Of a DNA stretch of 64,000 bases, positions 24,799 through 38,958 are shown in pieces. Location of the stretch: positions 83,514,001-83,578,000 of the forward strand of contig OX597819.1 in the NCBI GenBank assembly GCA_951406725.2, read 5' to 3'. The DNA comes from Octopus vulgaris (taxonomy: Eukaryota). Under the pieces are notes generated by a model. That model was not told the origin of the DNA. It worked only from the letters and a program-made list of their open reading frames with translations, and made no database searches. A program made the position numbers and the translations under genes. Each line of letters begins with the position of its first letter. Position 1 is the first letter of the stretch.

Positions 24799-26466
24799 GT
24801 AAGTTATAAACAATTTATTGATATTACTACTGTGTGATATTAAATTTTATTCTGATTTACAATTTTCTTTGATAATCATCGACAATTATATGATGTTCGT
24901 TTTTGACTTCCCAATCTTTACACTTGTCACTTACCTCCCTTCCATCATATACATTTCCCATCTCTCTCTTCCCCCATACACTCATGCAGCCTCCATCCAC
25001 CCATACTCCTGGCTCTTCTGCCCCAATCATTTCTCATACCTTGAGAGTCCATCCAGATATTTCGTCACCCCTATATTTATCTCTTTCTAGCTCCACCCAA
25101 TTACTCCCACACTCCCTTCTAAAATGTGAGTAGCCATATGGCTCCTCTGTAGCAAGAAATCTATTCTGCACTGGCCCCTTCTCATAACTTTACTCATCCT
25201 GTCCTAGCATAAAGCCACCCTGTCTAGTTTTATAGTCTTGTGAGCCACATGGTAACCACACTGGTACTGGCAGCTAGCAAAAAGCACCCAGCACCAGCTG
25301 TTAAGTGGTTGGCATTAGAAAGGGCATTCATCCGCAGAAACCATGCCAAAGCAAACACTGGAGCATGAAGCAGTCCTTGGATTCACTGGATCCTGTCAAA
25401 CTGTCCAACCCATGCCAACATGGAGCATAGACATTCAGTGATGAAATAAGCACATTTATTTTCTTTTATGTTGTAAGAATTGGCAGAGTCATTTTAGCAT
25501 TAAGAAAAATACTTCATATTATTTAATAAATCTCTCTCCCTCATACACTCTTGCTGCCTCCATCCACCCATACTCCTGGCTCTTCTGCCCCAATCATTTC
25601 TCATACTTAGGTTGACGAGGGAAGGGTGACCTCCCTTTGCAAATACCATAAGAGCACAGAAAGTGTGCCTAAAGCCAGCTGGAGACGATGTTCTCCTGGG
25701 GCTACAAGCTACAGTAACACCCACCCTTAGTGGTTAGCCATATTGAGATGGCAAGTATACCTCACATTCGTATTATTTGTTTTGACTCTATTCACTGAGT
25801 TCAAATACTGCTGTGGTCATCTTTGCTTTCAACCTTTCAGGTTCAGAAAGAAAGAAAAGTATCAATGTTGAGCTGTAGATTGGCAGAACTGAAAAAATTA
25901 AACTGGATGCCTTGCAGCATTTGATCCAGTCCTTTTGTGTTCTAAGTTCAAATCCTACCATGGTCTGTTTGGGTTAATTCGACAATCAGTTTAACACTAC
26001 CATCTAACACCTGCGATGCCTTATGTGAACTCCACTCTATTGCAAGCATTTAGGCTAGGTCTTTGGTTTGAAGATTACTTCCTCCTTCCTTCCTGTCAGT
26101 CTTGGAGACCCTGTAAAGGGCCATGGGCACTACCTTGACTAGAAGAGTTTTTAACTGCAGAATTCAAATGAGATAAAGCTATAAATAATAGACGTAAATA
26201 CTGGGTCAAAAACCCTTGTGGATAGAAAAGTTGAAGGCTGCCTCTGGGACCCACATCTTCTGTAATCATGACTGACTTTCTACCATTGGACCAAAACAAT
26301 CCTTCAAAATTCTTTGTTTGTTTTAGAAGCTTTGCTCTTACCAGATAATTGTATGTTATTTACATCATAAGAATTTGGAAACTTCAATAGAACATGAAAT
26401 AATTAGTTTTGAAAAAAATAATTTCATGTTTTCTCAAAGTTTCTAAATATTTATAAGTAAAGGCAC

Positions 26467-26728
26467 CTTCGGTCATAAATGACCATTGGATTGGACCCAG
26501 AAAGTTACCTTCCAAGGCACAAGTCTGGGCAAGGTTGTTTATGGAAGACCATCAGTTGTCCATGCATACCAGTTTCCCCTCTCCATGTCACTGATGTTAT
26601 CGAAGGGAAAGACAAAGGCCAGTACAGTTTGGCACCAGTTCTTGAGCAAGACACTTTATTTCACATTGCTCCAGTTCACTCAGCTGTATAAATGAGTTGC
26701 GACATCACTGGTGCCAAGCTGTATCGAC
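26467..26728. mobile_element. SINE family C fragment with internal inversion
   Basis: 26467-26638 is co-directional with 49930-50105; 26639-26728 is the reverse complement of ~50088-50175. Confidence 0.75.
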
Positions 26729-26830
26729 TTAAATGCCTATGATATAAAAAGAAAATTACTCATTTATTCTAGTGGTGTTGATACATTTTATCTCTACATA
26801 TATATATATTTTTTTTTTTTTTCTCTTCAG

Positions 26831-26911
26831 GTGATGTGTACAGCAACAAATCCAATAATTGCATTATGTTTTCAGAAGGAAGAACTTATCAGCAAGAAAA
26901 GACCAGAAACT
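26831..26911 (+). CDS. MYO1C: exon 12 (loop 2): VMCTATNPIIALCFQKEELISKKRPET
   Basis: long poly-T then cag acceptor, gtatgt donor, 81 nt; KKRPET. Confidence 0.95.
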
Positions 26912-27517
26912 GTATGTATTTCTTAAGGCTTGAATTTGAAACTGTTAATGTGTCCTTTGTTTAGATTGAAATTCATCAGCAGTTAAGGGTTTTTTTATGA
27001 GAAAGTGAAATTAAAAAATTTTAAGTGTTAGTTTTTAGAATTTTACAGTATTCTTGAATTTGGGATTGTAGACTCATTTATCTCTCTATATCACAAACAA
27101 ACATACTCACATATATAGCTGTCCAGTAAGTTTTCATAAGTCAGGAAAAATCAGGCAATTATTTATTAGGTAATAGAGTGGGTGTATTGTGCATACAGCA
27201 TTATAAATTTAGTCTCATAATAGCCAATTCATATTACTGAACAGTTTCATGCTAAAGAACCTTCCACAGGTGGTAGAATGATTTAACAATCATCAGATAT
27301 GGTCCAGTTATACTCATTCTTTAGCAATTTAGCAAAATGGTCAATAGGGTAAATACCAAACTATAAAATAAATATTAGGATCAAATCAATTTGTTCAACT
27401 AGACTCTGATAGGCAGTGCCTCTGCATCGAGTCAGTGACTGAAACAAGTAACAGATAAAAGATAAATTATCTAATAAGTAAGTATTTGATGAGTTATATC
27501 ATATACTATTACAACCA

Positions 27518-27954
27518 AAGGTGGCGAGCTGGCACGCCGGGCGAAATGCATAGCCGTATTTTGCCTGTCGTTACGTCCCGAGTTCAAATTCCGCCGAGGT
27601 CGACTTTGCTTTTCATCCTTTCGGGGTCGATAAATTAAGTACCAGTTACGCACTGGAGTCGATATAATCGACTTAATCCATTTGTCTGTCTTTGTTTGTC
27701 CCCTCCTGTGTTTAGCCCCTTGTGGGCAATAAAGAAATAAGAAACATTAGCACACCGGGCGAAATGCGTAGCTGTATTTCGTCTGCCGTTACGTTCTGAG
27801 TTCAAATTCCACCGAGGTCGACTTTGCCTTTCATCCTTTCGGGGTCGATAAATTAAGTACCAGTTACACATGAGTCGATGTAATCGACTTAAACTGTTTG
27901 TCTGTCCTTGTTTGTCCCCTCTGTGTTTAGCCCCTTGTAGGTAGTAAAGAAATA
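27518..27954 (+). mobile_element. SINE family B, tandem dimer
   Basis: two units; the second starts at agaaacattagc (27740). Confidence 0.85.
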
Positions 27955-28386
27955 TATATCATATATTGCTTAACTTTTCATTTTTTTAAATCCACTCCTT
28001 GCTCTGGTAAATGACAAGACTGACATAGCTCTGAAACTTAATTCTGAATTGTTAATTATTTTAAGTTAACTGCTTAGTCGGAACCCTTTTGTTACCATAC
28101 TTCTGTTGAAATACATGCTTATTATTTCAATTAATTTTGAAAATTATGAAGAATTTGATAAAATAACTTTGTTAATATTATGCTGATGTTTGGAATATAC
28201 TTTAACATGGAATTTTAATGGGAAATTTGAATTTACATCTCTTTAGATAGGAAATATATATTTTAGAACCAAGGGTGGTCCCAGGTCAATTGATATCAAA
28301 AGAGTTAAGGATATTAGGAAATTTGTTAAAGAACATTTAACTGACATTGAAGAAGTTTAGCTTTTGTACAGAAGCTCTCTATGTTT

Positions 28387-28710
28387 GTGAAGGCATATGG
28401 TTTGGTGGTTAGGGTATTTAGCTCACAATCATAAGGTCATAAGTTCAATTCCCAGCCAAGTATTGTGTCCATGAGCAAAATACTCTATTTCACATTGCTT
28501 CAGTCCACTCAGCTGGCCAAAATAAGTTGTACCTGTATTTCAAAGAGGCCAGCTTTGTCACAGCTGTGTTATGCTGAATCTCTTTGTGGACTACATTAAG
28601 GGTACGCATATCAGTCGAGTGCTCTGTCACTTACACATTAGTTTCATGAACAGGCTGTTCCATTGATTGGACAACTGAAACTCTCATCATAATAACTGAC
28701 GGAGTGCTAG
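28387..28710 (+). mobile_element. tRNA-headed SINE sharing its head with family C, different body
   Basis: gtgaaggcatatggtttggtggttagg..aagttcaattccc..gagcaaaatactctatttcacattgc. Confidence 0.6.
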
Positions 28711-29249
28711 TTCTCTATGTTTATTCAAACCATTTGACAATTTAAGAAGGATATTTTTTCTACTGTGAACTTTTCCATTTTATTTTATAAATTTTCATAC
28801 AAGAAAGGAAAAATGTCATATATATTTTTGTTTGTCATTCATTTTAAAAATTGAAACCTTTTGGGGTTAAAATAAAAATAATGAAAATATTACTAAAAAA
28901 ATTCAGTTTTGCTAGTAAAACTGGTAGATATTTTATTTAAATATTTGGTTCCATTGTTATTTGGTATGTACATTCTATTGCTAAATGATTAAATTCCAAA
29001 ATGCTCCCCGTTTTACAAATAATTCTTTTATGGATTCATTTTTTACTGGGCATGTACATTCAATCCTAATTTTATTGTTAAATGAATAAAATCTGAAATG
29101 CTCCTTATGTTGCAAATAAGTCTGTTTTGGTTTCATTTTTATCTAGCATATACATTTGATTCTAATTCAAATTCTTATATTAATAAACTCCAAAATATTC
29201 CTTATTTCACAAATAGTTATATCATGTTTTGGTTTTTTTTTTTTTTCAG

Positions 29250-29355
29250 GCAGCAACACAGTTCAAGGTCAGCCTTAATCAACTTATGGAAAATCTGATG
29301 TCAAAAGAACCTTCTTATGTTCGTTGTATTAAACCAAATGATTCTAAACGATCTG
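29250..29355 (+). CDS. MYO1C: exon 13: [35 protein letters not shown]
   Basis: poly-T cag acceptor, gttagt donor, 106 nt, ends in phase 1. Confidence 0.96.
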
Positions 29356-32279
29356 GTTAGTCCTCAGTATTTCAAGCTTGTCATTAGGTCTCTTTGTATT
29401 TCAGTTATTATATTATTGTAATATAACACACCTTGTGGGACTACTTTGAGGAACTATCATTGTAGAAGCCACCCTGTAATCATTTGACTTGCAAGAAATC
29501 ATAGCCAAATCTCTATAGATTGTACCCTTCTTTGTTGAAAAAAACAGACACATTAAATAATGTATCTATTCTTTTCAAGAAATGAGCGATCATATAAAGA
29601 TAGGTGTAAAAAGCTGGAGTGGTCATGGCTGGAATGCTTTTGATCATAGGTCCATTCAATCATGGTTGACACTGAGTTTAAAAACAAAATAACATGGATC
29701 AATCTTAATAAGTAAACTTTCAAGAAAGGGGAAGTTAGCGCGTTGAGATCTAAGGGAGATAATTTTTCAGGCACGTAGTAATACACGCTATAATATTGAA
29801 TGAATGAAAGTTCTTGTAGCCAAACTTTTCTTTTGATGTACAGTCAGTCTTCCAACAATGTCTTCAAAATGCATATTGCACGAGTTTAACCTTCAGGAAA
29901 ATTACGAATAAGTTATAATCTTGTGACTAAGGGAAATTCTACTGAAAAAACTTTCATTACATCTAATTTAAACTATAATTTCTTTTTAAATTGTTATTTG
30001 TATTAACACGAAGACACATAAAATAGTAGGGATTTCTAACTTAGTTACAAGTTAACAAAGGGTAAAGTTGAATATATCATCATAGTACTTGATTGGTACT
30101 TTCTTTCATCGAACTTAAAAGATGAAATGCAAAGTTGACTCCGTCAGGATTTGAACCCAGATTCATCACTAAATATCGCAAAGCATTTTGTTCACTATTC
30201 TAACGATATGGCCAATCCGTTGTTAGTACATAATTCAGGCTGAGTCGTAGCTAGAGTGTGTAGCACGCAGGCCAGTTCATGAGTTTTATCACACGCCTAC
30301 CCCTAGGGCTCCAAACCTAAATAGACTTATACAGCAGATCCAAAAGTGCTGCCTCTCTCCCACCCATAAAAACATTGCCTAGAGCAAATCACCCCTCCCC
30401 TAGCAACATTACTGAATACAAGGAAAACTGCAAGGTCCTCTCTAAGCTGGTGAGATCAATGCTGTTGATGTTTAGATTTAGTGTCTGTGGATCAATGTAT
30501 CTTGGAAAACTTTCACAGGGAAGGAATTCAGAGGATTGCAGTTCTGGGGAAGAAGGCTTAGAAGAATATCTATAGTATGAGGTTTAGGAATGGTGAGATA
30601 CGGTCAAGTTAACAATATTAAAGGAAAAGGTACTTTAGATCTTTTAAGCAGAGGTGTTACTTCGCTGTATTTTTTTTTTTTGTTAGTCTGTTTTCCCTAT
30701 TGGTGTGGATTGTATGTGTCATTACAGTCTGAGCCAGTTCTTATTCAGAGTTATTGCTCTTCTGCATTGGCTGGAGGACCATGTTTCATATGTATGTTTC
30801 GTTTTGGTTGGACAAATGACCAAAAAAGCTAGATAGAATAGAGAGTCATAACAAAAAAAGGACCTGGATGGGTGAATGGAGGTAGCGAGAGTAGGAGCAG
30901 CATGATTGGTGATGGAGGGTTAGTAACAGAAGCAGAGGTGAACTGTGCTAAGAGTGAATAATAGTTATCAATTGCAAATGGCTTGTGAAAGAGGGAGTGG
31001 TGGCTGGAAGTAAAGAGAGGATGATGGTTGGATATATAGGATACTATCAGTAACATGATACACTGAATGGAAGGAATGAGTGAAGAGACTGTGAATGATG
31101 ATAGCAAGATGAGTTTCATAGAAGTAAGGGAGACAGCAGATGTAGACTTGACAAAGTACGCAAGTTGCTGATTCAAACGAGCATGGTCTGTTCTGATAGT
31201 GGTTGAAGAATCAAAGAGAGGATATAGAATACCTGTAGGCTTGTGGTTGTGATGTCTTACAGTGATGAGTAGTTTTGTCCCTTTTTTTGTTTTTGTTTTT
31301 TGTGTGTGTGTTTTTTTTTGTTGTTTTTGTTTTTTCACATTAGTTGGAGATTCTTTGCATGTGATTAAGATTGTTTGTATATATAGCAGTTGTACTGTCT
31401 CAGATATGTAAACTATAGACATGTTCTGATGTTTCCTCATCTGTTCAGAACTGCATAAAAATATTGTCATCAACCAAAATCTATCAGCATGCTTTGTATG
31501 CTGAATTGTACCCCTATTATATATGTAACAAGAAGCAACTAGAGTTTCTTTTTTTTTTTTTTTATTTGTCCTTCACCACTTCAACTTTGTAAATATCTAA
31601 GAAGTTGTTGTTCAGCCTCAGGTCATCCCTGATCAAGGGGACATAAGCTTTAGGACAGTGTACTTGTAATTATTCTACCATGTTTTCAAACATATATCCT
31701 TGAATACATTAGCCATCCACCCTCTTTTTAAAACAGTAGTGTCTGATTTGAGGGATATTTGGCTGCTATTTCTAGCATACCAAACTACCATTTAGAAGCT
31801 CCTTCATTATTTGGTAAATAGTATGGTAACATGAAAGTTTTTATTAAAAAATACTTCAGTCTTTAAATTTAAATTAGTTATGTGTCAAAGAAACTTCATG
31901 GTTCCTTCTATTTCATAAAATTAGGCACAGGGTCACAATTCTGAGGAAAGGACCTAGTGACATAAATCAACTCACTTTATTTTATTGGACCCTTCCAGAA
32001 AGATGAACAACAGTCAACCTTAGTGAAATTTGAACTCAGAAGATAAAGGGACATAACTAGACACTACAAAGCATGTTGTCTGTCCCTCTTATCAATTCTA
32101 CCAATGAAATAATATCAGAACCCTTAAAATTCCTGAAACTTCTCCTTAGTCTTCCAGATAGAAAAATCTAATATTTTTCAGGTATTGTTTGTTTATTTTA
32201 TAATCCATATCACTTTATGGTTGTCTCCTTCATTATCTCTGTTAATACTTTCCTTTTTCTAATGTTTTTCTATAATTAG

Positions 32280-32397
32280 ACCTCTTTGATGACCAAATTG
32301 TTAGTCATCAGGTGAAATACCTTGGTCTGATGGAAAATCTACGTGTACGAAGAGCTGGCTTTGCTTACAGAAGACCATACGAAGTTTTCTTGAAAAG
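32280..32397 (+). CDS. MYO1C: exon 14: [39 protein letters not shown]
   Basis: aattag acceptor, gtaaa donor, 118 nt; class I signature VRRAGFAYR. Confidence 0.97.
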
Positions 32398-33430
32398 GTA
32401 AATAAATAAGATTCTATAAACAGTTTGTTTATATATTTTAACCTTGTTAAATTCTTTAAAATCTATTTGTGCATCATGCAAATAATAATGCATGAGAATG
32501 TGGCTTGGTTGAAACATATATCAGTTTTACTTTTCATATGACTGATGACATTGTTGGATAACCTTAGTCAACAATACTTGAACAGACTTGTGGTGTGGAG
32601 ACAATTGACTGAATAACAAGGAGACAAAATCCCAATGTCTTAGATATACAGATATGATACATAAAGAGTAGAATCTTCTATCTTTTATTTGTTTAAGTAG
32701 TTGAATTGTTGCCATGCTGGGGTACCACCTTGAAAAGTTTTGTCAATTCAATTCCATTCATTTTATTCTGGTACTTATTTTATTTGCTTATTTTGCCTAG
32801 CCACTAAGTTACAGTGATCTAAACAAACTAACTGGTTGTCCAGTGGTGGTGGGAAGCAAACATAAATAGGACAGGCTTCCAGCTACCAAATTCACTCACA
32901 ACACATTGGTCAGCTCAGAGCTATAGTAGAAGATACTTGCCCAAGGGTTGCATATTGGACTGAACCCAAAACCACATGGTTGAAAAGTGAGCTGATTAAC
33001 TCCACAGCCATATCTTCAGTAAGACTTGACCAATTTCAAGAAATCTTTTTATTAAATATCAAGGGAGGGCTGTTAAGTTAAGATTTGGATTACTGACTGC
33101 ACAGTGATAAGTTCAAATATCATTAGAGTTATTGTGTCATGTCCTGGAGCAAAAGACACAGCCTAATGATACTTGCTACATCACTATTATTTTAACATTC
33201 ACCCTTCCATGTTTGCATGGATCGGATTGATTTCCTTGAGGCAGATTTTCTATGGCCTGATACTCTACCTGCCACCATCCCCCACCTGTTTCCAAGCAAA
33301 GCAATATTTACCCATAGTCAGATAGGTTTTCATGGAAGATTAGAAATAAGCGACACCACTTGTATGACAGTGATGATCACTTACAATTATCATGCAATGT
33401 TCACATATATATATATATATATATATATAT

Positions 33431-34177
33431 CAGTGGCAACTCTGGCACTCAGGCTTAGCCCAAGTATAAATTTAGTGAAGTGAACATGTATTTGCAAGCC
33501 AATTTAATTTCTGCCGACACTGACTTCAAGTATGTAATTGCAGCCAATAACTCAGGCCTCTTTTATTGAGCCTGGTTGCAGTTCATTTGTTTTTGTTCAG
33601 CATCTGGCAGTCATCTTAGAGGTGTCCTGTGTCACAAATTATCAGTTCTCTCGGCATCGTTCACACGTGCCTGACTCATAAAAATTAAAAAGTAATTCAA
33701 ATTCGATGTTTTCTTGAAGAAATAAATTCAAGGATTTAAATTCCAATACATAAAAAGTTTCCGTTCTACAATATTCTTAAAGGAACGAAAAATTATTCAG
33801 CAACTCAAACTAGTATGAACGAGCCTGGCAGGTGTAAAAGACTAACTGGCATCTTTTGTCAAGAGAACAAGCAATAGTCAAATCACTGATGTTTGTTGTG
33901 CACTCTGCTGTTATTTGATTACTGTTATTTTGTGCGTCTGTGTGTTAAGATCAATTGTGCTTTGCAAGGTTGCTTTATTTTTACCCTTAACTTAGAAATG
34001 GAGAAATACATAGTGCTAGATATAAAAAAAATAAGCTATTTGGGGAAAAATACATAGTGCTAGATATAAAAAAAAATAAGCTATTGCGGAAAAACGTGAA
34101 ATTCATCGAGCAGGCATGCGTCTTATGCGAAATCTGTGATGAGCCTGAGTAAAGCTGATGATCTGGAGTCACCTCTG
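33431..34177. mobile_element. hAT-like non-autonomous element inserted in a (TA)n microsatellite
   Basis: termini cagtggcaactc / gagtcacctctg, subterminal actcaggct / agcctgagt, flanks atatatat / atatatac. Confidence 0.65.
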
Positions 34178-34185
34178 ATATATAC

Positions 34186-34218
<33 letters not shown>

Positions 34219-35517
34219 TATATATCATCATCATCATTTAGCGTCCGCTTTCCATGCTAGCATGGGTTGGACTGCACACACAACTGACTTCTTTCAGTTT
34301 CCATCTACTAAATTTATGCACAAGGCTTTAATTGACATGGGGCTATAGTAGAAGACACTTTGCACAAGGTGCTTTGTTTGTTTGAACCAAGTTGTTGTTG
34401 GTGGTAGTGGCTTTTAGTTTTAGGTCAGTTGCGAACATTCTGGTTTTTAGGGATATCTAAAATGATGTGTCCTTTTTAAAATAGATGTAATATGAAGGAA
34501 TTTGGATGCTATTTCTAGCAGATTGAATGACCACAGAGAGACTCTTTCTTTGGTTCATTTATAGATCAGTGTTTTTCTTTGGCCATCATGTTTTTATTAT
34601 GGAGTTGGTTGGATTGCCCTTCCTGAAAGTGTATATGTTACAATGAGAAATTCATTTTAAAAATAATAGAATTTCTTGAGAACATTTCAACATTACATGA
34701 GCTGGTCAGTTAACTACATATAGGCTGTACCCCTCCCTTGGTTTTCTTGATTGTTTGGTATTGTTTTTGTTCTGAAGCTGGAATTTAAGCAAGAAACACT
34801 TTTTTTTATTATTATTGACACACTTTTGATCTGTTGTTACGCTGATCATCATACTTCCAATGAGACATTAATTAGCATCAAACAAATTAATTAAACAGGA
34901 GTATAAAAAAAATCAATCCTAATTAAACCTAACTTCTGAAGTACATCAATTGTATAAAATCTTGGAACTTTTAAATGAGGTATTCATTTCAGTTTAATAT
35001 TTTTAATTAAATATTCACTTTTGTTTTCTCTTTGATTTGTTTTGTTGCATTCTTAAATATATTAATATAAACCAACATACTAATTATGATGTTTCACTAC
35101 AAAATTGATCAACAGCAGTCTGCTGACTATTTGATTTCGTTGAAAAATCCAGAATGAGTTTGAGTAGAAAATCCTGCTTTAAGTTTTTATTCCTTGAAAT
35201 TCCTGTTTGCATTCATTTTCTAAGGAATTTAACCCCAAATTTGCATATTCAATTTTTAATGTGACCATTTTACTCAAGAAGCAACATCTTTAAATATTCC
35301 TTTATCTCACCACCTATCTATTCTACTGTTGAATAAAAGACATATTTATACCAAAATTATCTTTTATGAAAACAAGATTGGTAACTTTCTTTCTGGCTGC
35401 TTTCTAGTTCTTTCTATTCTCTGACTGTAAATCTATATATGTGGATACTAAAATGTATTACAAATGTAGGGTAATTTTTTTCTTGTCTTTATGAAAAGCA
35501 ATATTAGATGGTATTTT

Positions 35518-35743
35518 AAGGCAGCGAGCTGGCAGAAACGTTAGCACGCCAGGCAAAATGCTTAGCGCTATTTCGTCTGCTGTTATGTTCCGAGTTCAAA
35601 TTCCGCCAAGGTTGACTTTGCCTTTCATCCTTTCGGGGTCGATAAATTAAGTACCAGTTACGCACTGGGGTCGATGTAATTGACTTAATCCGTTTGTCTG
35701 TCATTGTTTGTCCCCTTGTGGGTGGTAAAGAAATAGGTATTTC
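35518..35743 (+). mobile_element. SINE family B monomer
   Basis: matches units at 6829 and 27518. Confidence 0.85.
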
Positions 35744-36325
35744 CAATGCAATTGTATTCACAAAATATAAAATCATTTTAAATACTTTAGCTCTTTTAAC
35801 AATTCATAGATTGGGAGTTATAGTATACGGTTAGATCCTTGAGTCCTACCATATCTTTCAGTGCGATTAGATATTCAAATATGAATTAGAAACAGTGCTA
35901 CTGTTGTAAACATTAACAGTTCATCTCCAGTTTGGTTCAAGTGTGCAATGTTGATAAGTCACAAAAGTGATGAAACATCAATGACCTTTGCTCTTGAATG
36001 GAATTTGGGTGAGTTGTCTTGCCTCTCTTTGACTTTCAGGTGTTTTAACACCCAGTGCTTTGAGGGGGTCATCCTCACTGCACCAAATCACAGTCTACCA
36101 GCAAACAAGCAAGGCACATGGACTGAGTTTATGTGGTCAATAGTGATTATATATGTAAAAAGTGTGTATTAATAGAATACCATAGACACTGAAATTGTGT
36201 ATTAAACATACTGAAAAGCTCTGCATAGCAACTTGAACTTAGTTTTTGGTTACATTCTGAAGATGAAATATATTAAATATTTAAAAACAAATTTCTTGCT
36301 TTAAATAAAATTTTCTTTCCAACAG

Positions 36326-36439
36326 GTATAAATCCTTATGTCCTTCAACATGGCCTTCATTCAATGGATCACATAAAGATGGTGTCCAGTGTTTAGTCAA
36401 GTACCTAAAGTACGGAGACGATGACTATCGACTTGGAAA
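36326..36439 (+). CDS. MYO1C: exon 15 (converter): RYKSLCPSTWP...DYRLGK
   Basis: caacag acceptor, gtaagt donor, 114 nt. Confidence 0.95.
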
Positions 36440-36699
36440 GTAAGTTTTTGCTTTAATCATTGAAGCTTTAATTTATATGCTAAAATTTTTACTATTTTTT
36501 CATTTGCAATGTCTTCAAACCTAATGATAGTGCTATGATTAGATAGATTTGCACTACAGATTTCTTGATGAGAAAATCCTTGTTAAATTTAGTGTCACTT
36601 TAGTTTGTTCAATGTTGAGGGCATTATCAGATGAAGAAAGTGTCATTGTTTTGGTCATCTGTCCTCTAAGAGTAACATCAAAAGGTACTCAGATTTTAG

Positions 36700-37090
36700 G
36701 TCTTTTATCTTTTACTTGTTCAAATCATGCTGGGGCACCACTTTGAAGAGTTTTTGCCAAAGAAATCAACCAAAGCACTTAGGTTTTCTTTAAGTCTGGT
36801 ACATATTTTGTTGTTCTCTTACCAAACTGTTAAGTTATGGGGACTTAAACAAACCAATACCGGTTGTCAAGCAGTGTGAGGTGGGTTAACAAACACAAAT
36901 ATACATATGCATGCACATATACATATGATGGGCTTCCACATAGTTTCCATCTACCAAATTCACTCTCAAGGCATTGGTTAGCCTGGAGCTATAATAGAAG
37001 ACACTTGACCAAAGTGCCACACAGTGGAACTGAACACAAAATCATATGGTTGCAAAATGAGTTACTTAACCACACAGCCATGTCTGTACC
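36700..37090 (-). mobile_element. SINE family A copy (CpG-decayed)
   Basis: reverse complement of family A. Confidence 0.75.
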
Positions 37091-38598
37091 AGGGGTTCAT
37101 GAAATTTAAGTATCTTCTTAGTGATAACTAAAGAAATCCTGGATAAATAAGGTCAATTGTAATCTGAAGCATACTGTTTTATATGCTCTACAAGTAGGTA
37201 TAAACTGAAGAATAGAGAAAGAGGAATTTACTGTGTAGATTTTGTTTTGATATACTCCAGTTCCACTTATTGGAAGCAACAAATAAAGAACTGAAATACT
37301 TTTAGTATTACTCTAGCTAGACTCAGTTGAATGATTCTGCAAAATTCTGTGAAGTCAAGCAACCATATAATTTCTCCTGTGTGGAATATTGGTGTGGAAT
37401 ATTGAGAGTGTATATTAGCAATCTGGTAACATGCCTTTTATTGGTGTTAAGTGGTATGGTACAGAGTTGCATAACTTGAGTACAGATAGACCGTTAGTCC
37501 AGAGATGGAAATATTGATTCAAATTCATTTAAACAAGCTTTCTTTTTTTGTTGTTGTTGTTTGAATTTTCAGATTTTTCCAGAATCTGGAAAGGAAATTC
37601 TAAACTTGAAAATTCAGTTTATATATACTGAATGTTACTTCAAGTTTTAAATTATGAAATAAAAAAAATTAATTTGAATACAGATCACAAGCATATAAGC
37701 TAAATATAGTCAATTTGTTTTAGTGAATTTCAGATTTGCATTTGGTTTTCCATATCAGTTTTAAAATTCAATACAATTCCTCACCCCACTTAATTCTCTC
37801 CTCTTTTGGTTTGAAGTTTCAACATGAAAACTAATTGAATTTAAAAAACAAACTAAAAAATTGGGATAGTAAAACAAAATTCTCTTATATTATTTCAACA
37901 CTTAAAGGTGATGAACTGGTAAAATGCTTAGCAGCATTTTATCCATCTTCACATTCTGCTGAGATCAACTTTGCTTTTCATCTTTTCAGGAGTCAATAAA
38001 ATAAGTACCAGTTGAGTACTGGGGATTGATGTAACCAACTTACTCCTCCCTGAAATTGCTGGTCTTGTGCCAAAATTTGAAATCAGTATTTCAACATTTA
38101 TTTGACCTTACCTTAAAAGTATCTATATTCATGCCATATCATTGAAGATAATTGCAATATTATTATTCACCTGAAAATATGGTGGTGTTGTGATGTCGAT
38201 GCCTTTTCTAAAGCATCTGTAATATAAATGGAGTGGTTTCAACTATGAGATCAAAGAATGACTATCACCATAGCTCATCATTTTCTGTTTAATGCTTGCC
38301 TCTTATACTCAGAATATAGATTTCTTTTTTATATAAAAATTTTCCAGTTGTTTAAACTAAAACCCATTATGTTTACATCTAGAAAATATATCAGATATAT
38401 TACTAGTAGCAAACCAACAAAGGAATCTTTTGTTCTCCTTCAGCTCGCTAAAAATGACAGTCAAATGTTCCTCTAATCACACTGTCACCTGGAAAATAGA
38501 AAGTTCATATTGGATAATGTATTCCTAAATACTCTTAAAAAAGATAGGATGGTCCTTTCTATCAATGCAGACCTGTGGTTAAATGGCAAACTACTCTC

Positions 38599-38958
38599 AG
38601 AGCAAAAGTAATTTTTAAATAAAAAATTTAAGGTTCAATTTCCAATGAAATATTTAATCTATTAAAGCATCATGGCTCATAGATTTTATATCTCTTAATT
38701 TTTGTTGCTGTCTTAATTTATTACTGCAGCCCTGTTTATAATTAGTGTGACTGCACTTAATCAGTGCAAAACTGGGGTTAAATGGCATTATTACAATCAG
38801 AGCAAGATTAATTTTAAAATGAAAACTTAAAGTTCACTTGCCAATGAAATAATTTAATTTATTAAAATGCTATGAATCATAGATTCTATATTTCTTAATC
38901 TTTATTCCTATCTTAATTTATAACTGCAACAATCTATTTTAATTATAACTTGTGTGAC
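38599..38958. repeat. old diverged tandem duplication, ~200-bp period
   Basis: agagcaa..ccaatgaaata..catagatt.tatat.tcttaat..tcttaattta..actgca..gtgtgac occurs twice. Confidence 0.75.

Noticed and set aside
25610-25770. possible HDV-like ribozyme 3' half on the minus strand (ccatctcaatatgg-ctaa)
   Set aside because: P1/P2/P3 partners could not be identified and the sequence appears truncated.
27471-27871. recurring short ORFs 'RNWYLIYRPRKDERQSRPR'
   Set aside because: Antisense translation of SINE family B, not a protein family.
30829-31473. 214-aa minus-strand ORF
   Set aside because: Low-complexity, compositionally biased sequence with no recognisable domain or splice support.
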